From assembly GCA_040755995.1 (NCBI GenBank), contig JBFMAF010000008.1, forward strand, positions 192,001 through 256,000: DNA of 64,000 nt, given 5' to 3'. The translations under genes and the position numbers were made by a program. Positions 61,961 to 64,000 of the stretch are shown piece by piece. Source of the DNA: Acidobacteriota bacterium. GTDB taxonomy: Bacteria > Acidobacteriota > CAIWXX01. A model generated the notes under the pieces. It did not search any database and had not been told where the DNA came from. It saw nothing but the letters and a program-made list of their open reading frames with translations. Every line of letters starts with the position of its first letter. Within the stretch, counting starts at the first letter, position 1.

Positions 61961-63007
61961 TCACCACCGGCCGGGAATGGCCGCCGAGCATCTGGGGCAG
62001 TTGCCGTTCTTCAGGTTGTTCTGGAGCACGCTGAAGCCGACGCGCTCGATGAGGAGAGCGTGGCAGGCGGGACAGTAGGTGTTCTCGAGGTTCTCGGTGA
62101 AGCCCGGCCGGTTGCCGGCGTAGACGAATCGCAACCCTTCTTCTTTGCCGATGCTCGCCGCGCGCGTCAACGCCGCGGCGCTGGTGCTCCTCCGGTCCGT
62201 CATCTTGTAGTCGGGGTGGAACGCTGTGACGTGCCACGGGATGTCGCGCGAGACGGAGGCGACGAAGCGCGCGATATCGCGGAGCTCCCGGTCCGAGTCG
62301 TTGAAGCCCGTCACCACGAGCGTCACGATCTCGACCCAGAACCCCTTCTCGTGAAGCAGCCGGATCGTGTCGAGCGTGTTCTGGAGCACTCCTCCGAGCT
62401 GGCGGTATCCTTTCTCGGAGAATCCCTTCAGGTCTACCTTGAACAGATCGAGCCACCGCCGCAGGAACTCGACCACCTCCGGCGTTCCGTTCCCGTTGGA
62501 GACGTAGGATGTAGCGAGGCCTCTGGCCTTTGCCTCCTTGAACACCTCCACAGCCCATTCGCTGGTTATCAGCGGCTCGTTGTACGTGCTGGTGATGACT
62601 CGCGCACCGGCCCGCACGGCCGCGCGCACGATGTCCGCGGGGGCGATTTCGCGGATGGATCCGTAGCCGTCCGGATCGCGCGGTGCCTGCGAAGAGATCC
62701 AGTTCTGGCAGAACGGGCAGTGGAAGTTGCAGCCGAGCATTCCGAAGCTCATGGCGATGGCGCCGGGATAGGCGTGGAAGAACGGCTTCTTTTCGATTGG
62801 ATCCGCCTGCAAGCCGGCCACGTAACCGGTGGGAGCATAGAGCACGCCGTCGCGGTTGAAACGTATCTTGCAGATCCCGTCGCGGCCCGGCATGACAACG
62901 CAGCGATGACCGCACGCGGTGCACCGCACCTTACCCTTCTCCTGCTCCTGGAAGAGCAGAGCCCTCTTGGTGTGCGGAGCCAGGGCCTCGGCCAGCGTCG
63001 CTGCCAT
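61961..63007 (-). CDS. amrS: AmmeMemoRadiSam system radical SAM enzyme
   Basis: 'CTACGHRC', 'DPIEKKPFFH', 'GCNFHCPFCQNW', 'TYNEP', 'AFHPDY', 'NTYCPAC'. Confidence 0.9.
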   Translation of the reverse strand: MAATLAEALAPHTKRALLFQEQEKGKVRCTACGHRCVVMPGRDGICKIRFNRDGVLYAPTGYVAGLQADPIEKKPFFHAYPGAIAMSFGMLGCNFHCPFCQNWISSQAPRDPDGYGSIREIAPADIVRAAVRAGARVITSTYNEPLITSEWAVEVFKEAKARGLATSYVSNGNGTPEVVEFLRRWLDLFKVDLKGFSEKGYRQLGGVLQNTLDTIRLLHEKGFWVEIVTLVVTGFNDSDRELRDIARFVASVSRDIPWHVTAFHPDYKMTDRRSTSAAALTRAASIGKEEGLRFVYAGNRPGFTENLENTYCPACHALLIERVGFSVLQNNLKNGNCPRCSAAIPGRW

Positions 63008-63096
63008 CCTCTCACCTCATTTCAATTCTAGAGACGCAATGCCGAATCTTCAAGCCGGGGAGCCGGATAACGCCGAGAAGTCCGATATTGGAATCG

Positions 63097-63738
63097 TCAT
63101 ACACCTCTTGCGCCGGCGCCCCAGATCACCTTGTGTAGCTGCACCTGCATGCGCGCCTCGATGCCGGACTGCAAGACCCACGACGCGAGCTGGTCCAGCG
63201 GCGTCCGGCCCCATACGGGCGAGAAGATTATGCCGCACCGGCCGGCCAGCGCGCGCCCGCCAATCACAGAGAGCGCGAAGTCGAAATCGGCGCGATCCCT
63301 CACGACGAACTTCACATCGTCCTCCGCGGTGAGCAGGTCGAAGTTCTCGGCCAGCGTCTTCATCTGTTCTCCACTGCTCGGGCATTTCACGTCCATGATC
63401 CTGACGACACCGCCGGGCACGGTACGAAGGGACATCGTGCCGTTTGTCTCCAGCAGCACGCGATAACCGAGCTCCAGCAACGCCCTTAACAGATCCGCGG
63501 AATGCGCCTGCATGAGCGGCTCTCCCCCGGTCAACTCGACCATACACCCCTGATACGCGCGAACCCTGTCCACGATTTCGCGGACGGTCATATCGACCCC
63601 GCTGTCGTACGCATAGGTGGTGTCGCACCACGCGCAGCGCAGGTTGCACCCGGCGAGTCTCACGAAGACACACGGGTACCCGATCCAGCGGCTCTCCCCC
63701 TGGATGCTGTAGAATATCTCGTTGACCTTCAGGATCAC
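63097..63738 (-). CDS. queE: 7-carboxy-7-deazaguanine synthase
   Basis: 'EIFYSIQGE', 'GCNLRCAWCDT', 'TGGEP', 'ETNG', 'QLHK'. Confidence 0.9.
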   Translation of the reverse strand: MILKVNEIFYSIQGESRWIGYPCVFVRLAGCNLRCAWCDTTYAYDSGVDMTVREIVDRVRAYQGCMVELTGGEPLMQAHSADLLRALLELGYRVLLETNGTMSLRTVPGGVVRIMDVKCPSSGEQMKTLAENFDLLTAEDDVKFVVRDRADFDFALSVIGGRALAGRCGIIFSPVWGRTPLDQLASWVLQSGIEARMQVQLHKVIWGAGARGV

Positions 63739-63797
63739 TCCTGAATGATACCTGATATGAGAGGGAAATCGGAGATGCCAGTGGAGCGAGGCCGGCG

Positions 63798-64000
63798 GTG
63801 AGTGTCGTCCAGCGTTTCGAGCACGACGGCGTCGAAGGGCTGCGCGTGGGCCGGTTCAAGTCGCGGATCAATACCACGTGCGTGCTATACCGGATCGGCG
63901 ACACGATCATCGACACAGGCCCGCCTAACCAGTGGCCGTTCACACGGAGCTACCTGCGGGAACGTGAAATCCGCCGCGTCCTGCTCACGCATCACCACGA
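63798..64000 (+). CDS. MBL-fold metallo-hydrolase, 3' partial
   Basis: Manual translation MSVVQRFEHDGVEGLRVG...IIDTGP...RVLLTHHH runs off the window; IDTG and THxH motifs. Confidence 0.75.
   Translation, partial: MSVVQRFEHDGVEGLRVGRFKSRINTTCVLYRIGDTIIDTGPPNQWPFTRSYLREREIRRVLLTHHH

Noticed and set aside
63739..63797. preQ1 riboswitch upstream of queE
   Set aside because: Short divergent spacer with no recognisable preQ1 stem or A-rich tail.

Overview
GC-rich bacterial chromosomal segment. It carries cytochrome/porin and Omp85 genes (so a diderm), and the MglA, DUF4388-J-TPR and TolB-Omp85 genes resemble those of Acidobacteriota or related deltaproteobacterial lineages (inference only). About 50 credible CDSs were found, and no rRNA, tRNA or CRISPR array. 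Contents in order: family-5 solute-binding protein plus hybrid kinase; monoheme lipoprotein cytochrome plus heme-motif outer-membrane barrel; hydrolase and oxidase genes; trehalose locus (GH15, membrane-anchored OtsA, OtsB); a five-gene MoxR-AAA / hypothetical / HEXXH-VWA / hypothetical / PaaK-like ligase operon, interrupted by a VapBC-type pair whose toxin has a stop at a catalytic Glu and bordered by BrnTA; aminotransferase IV; MscS; TPR and RDD genes; Uma2; TPR + secreted protein + peptidase-PD40-Omp85; a radical SAM enzyme with an N-terminal SPASM/Twitch domain; pepD; an archaeal-type HMG-CoA synthase/thiolase/DUF35 triad followed directly by methylcrotonyl-CoA carboxylase-like and hydratase genes, with no lyase; DUF62; a PBP; an orphan long-tailed MglA; a J-domain protein; M2 and M16 peptidases; a patch of gene fragments; nadA; amrS; queE; and a partial MBL hydrolase. 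Intergenic DNA carries several short-repeat and hairpin families. The best candidates for an undescribed system are the MoxR-VWA-peptidase-ligase operon (15498-22802) and the HMG-CoA hub cluster (37432-45044). All family assignments come from motif recognition by eye, not database searches.
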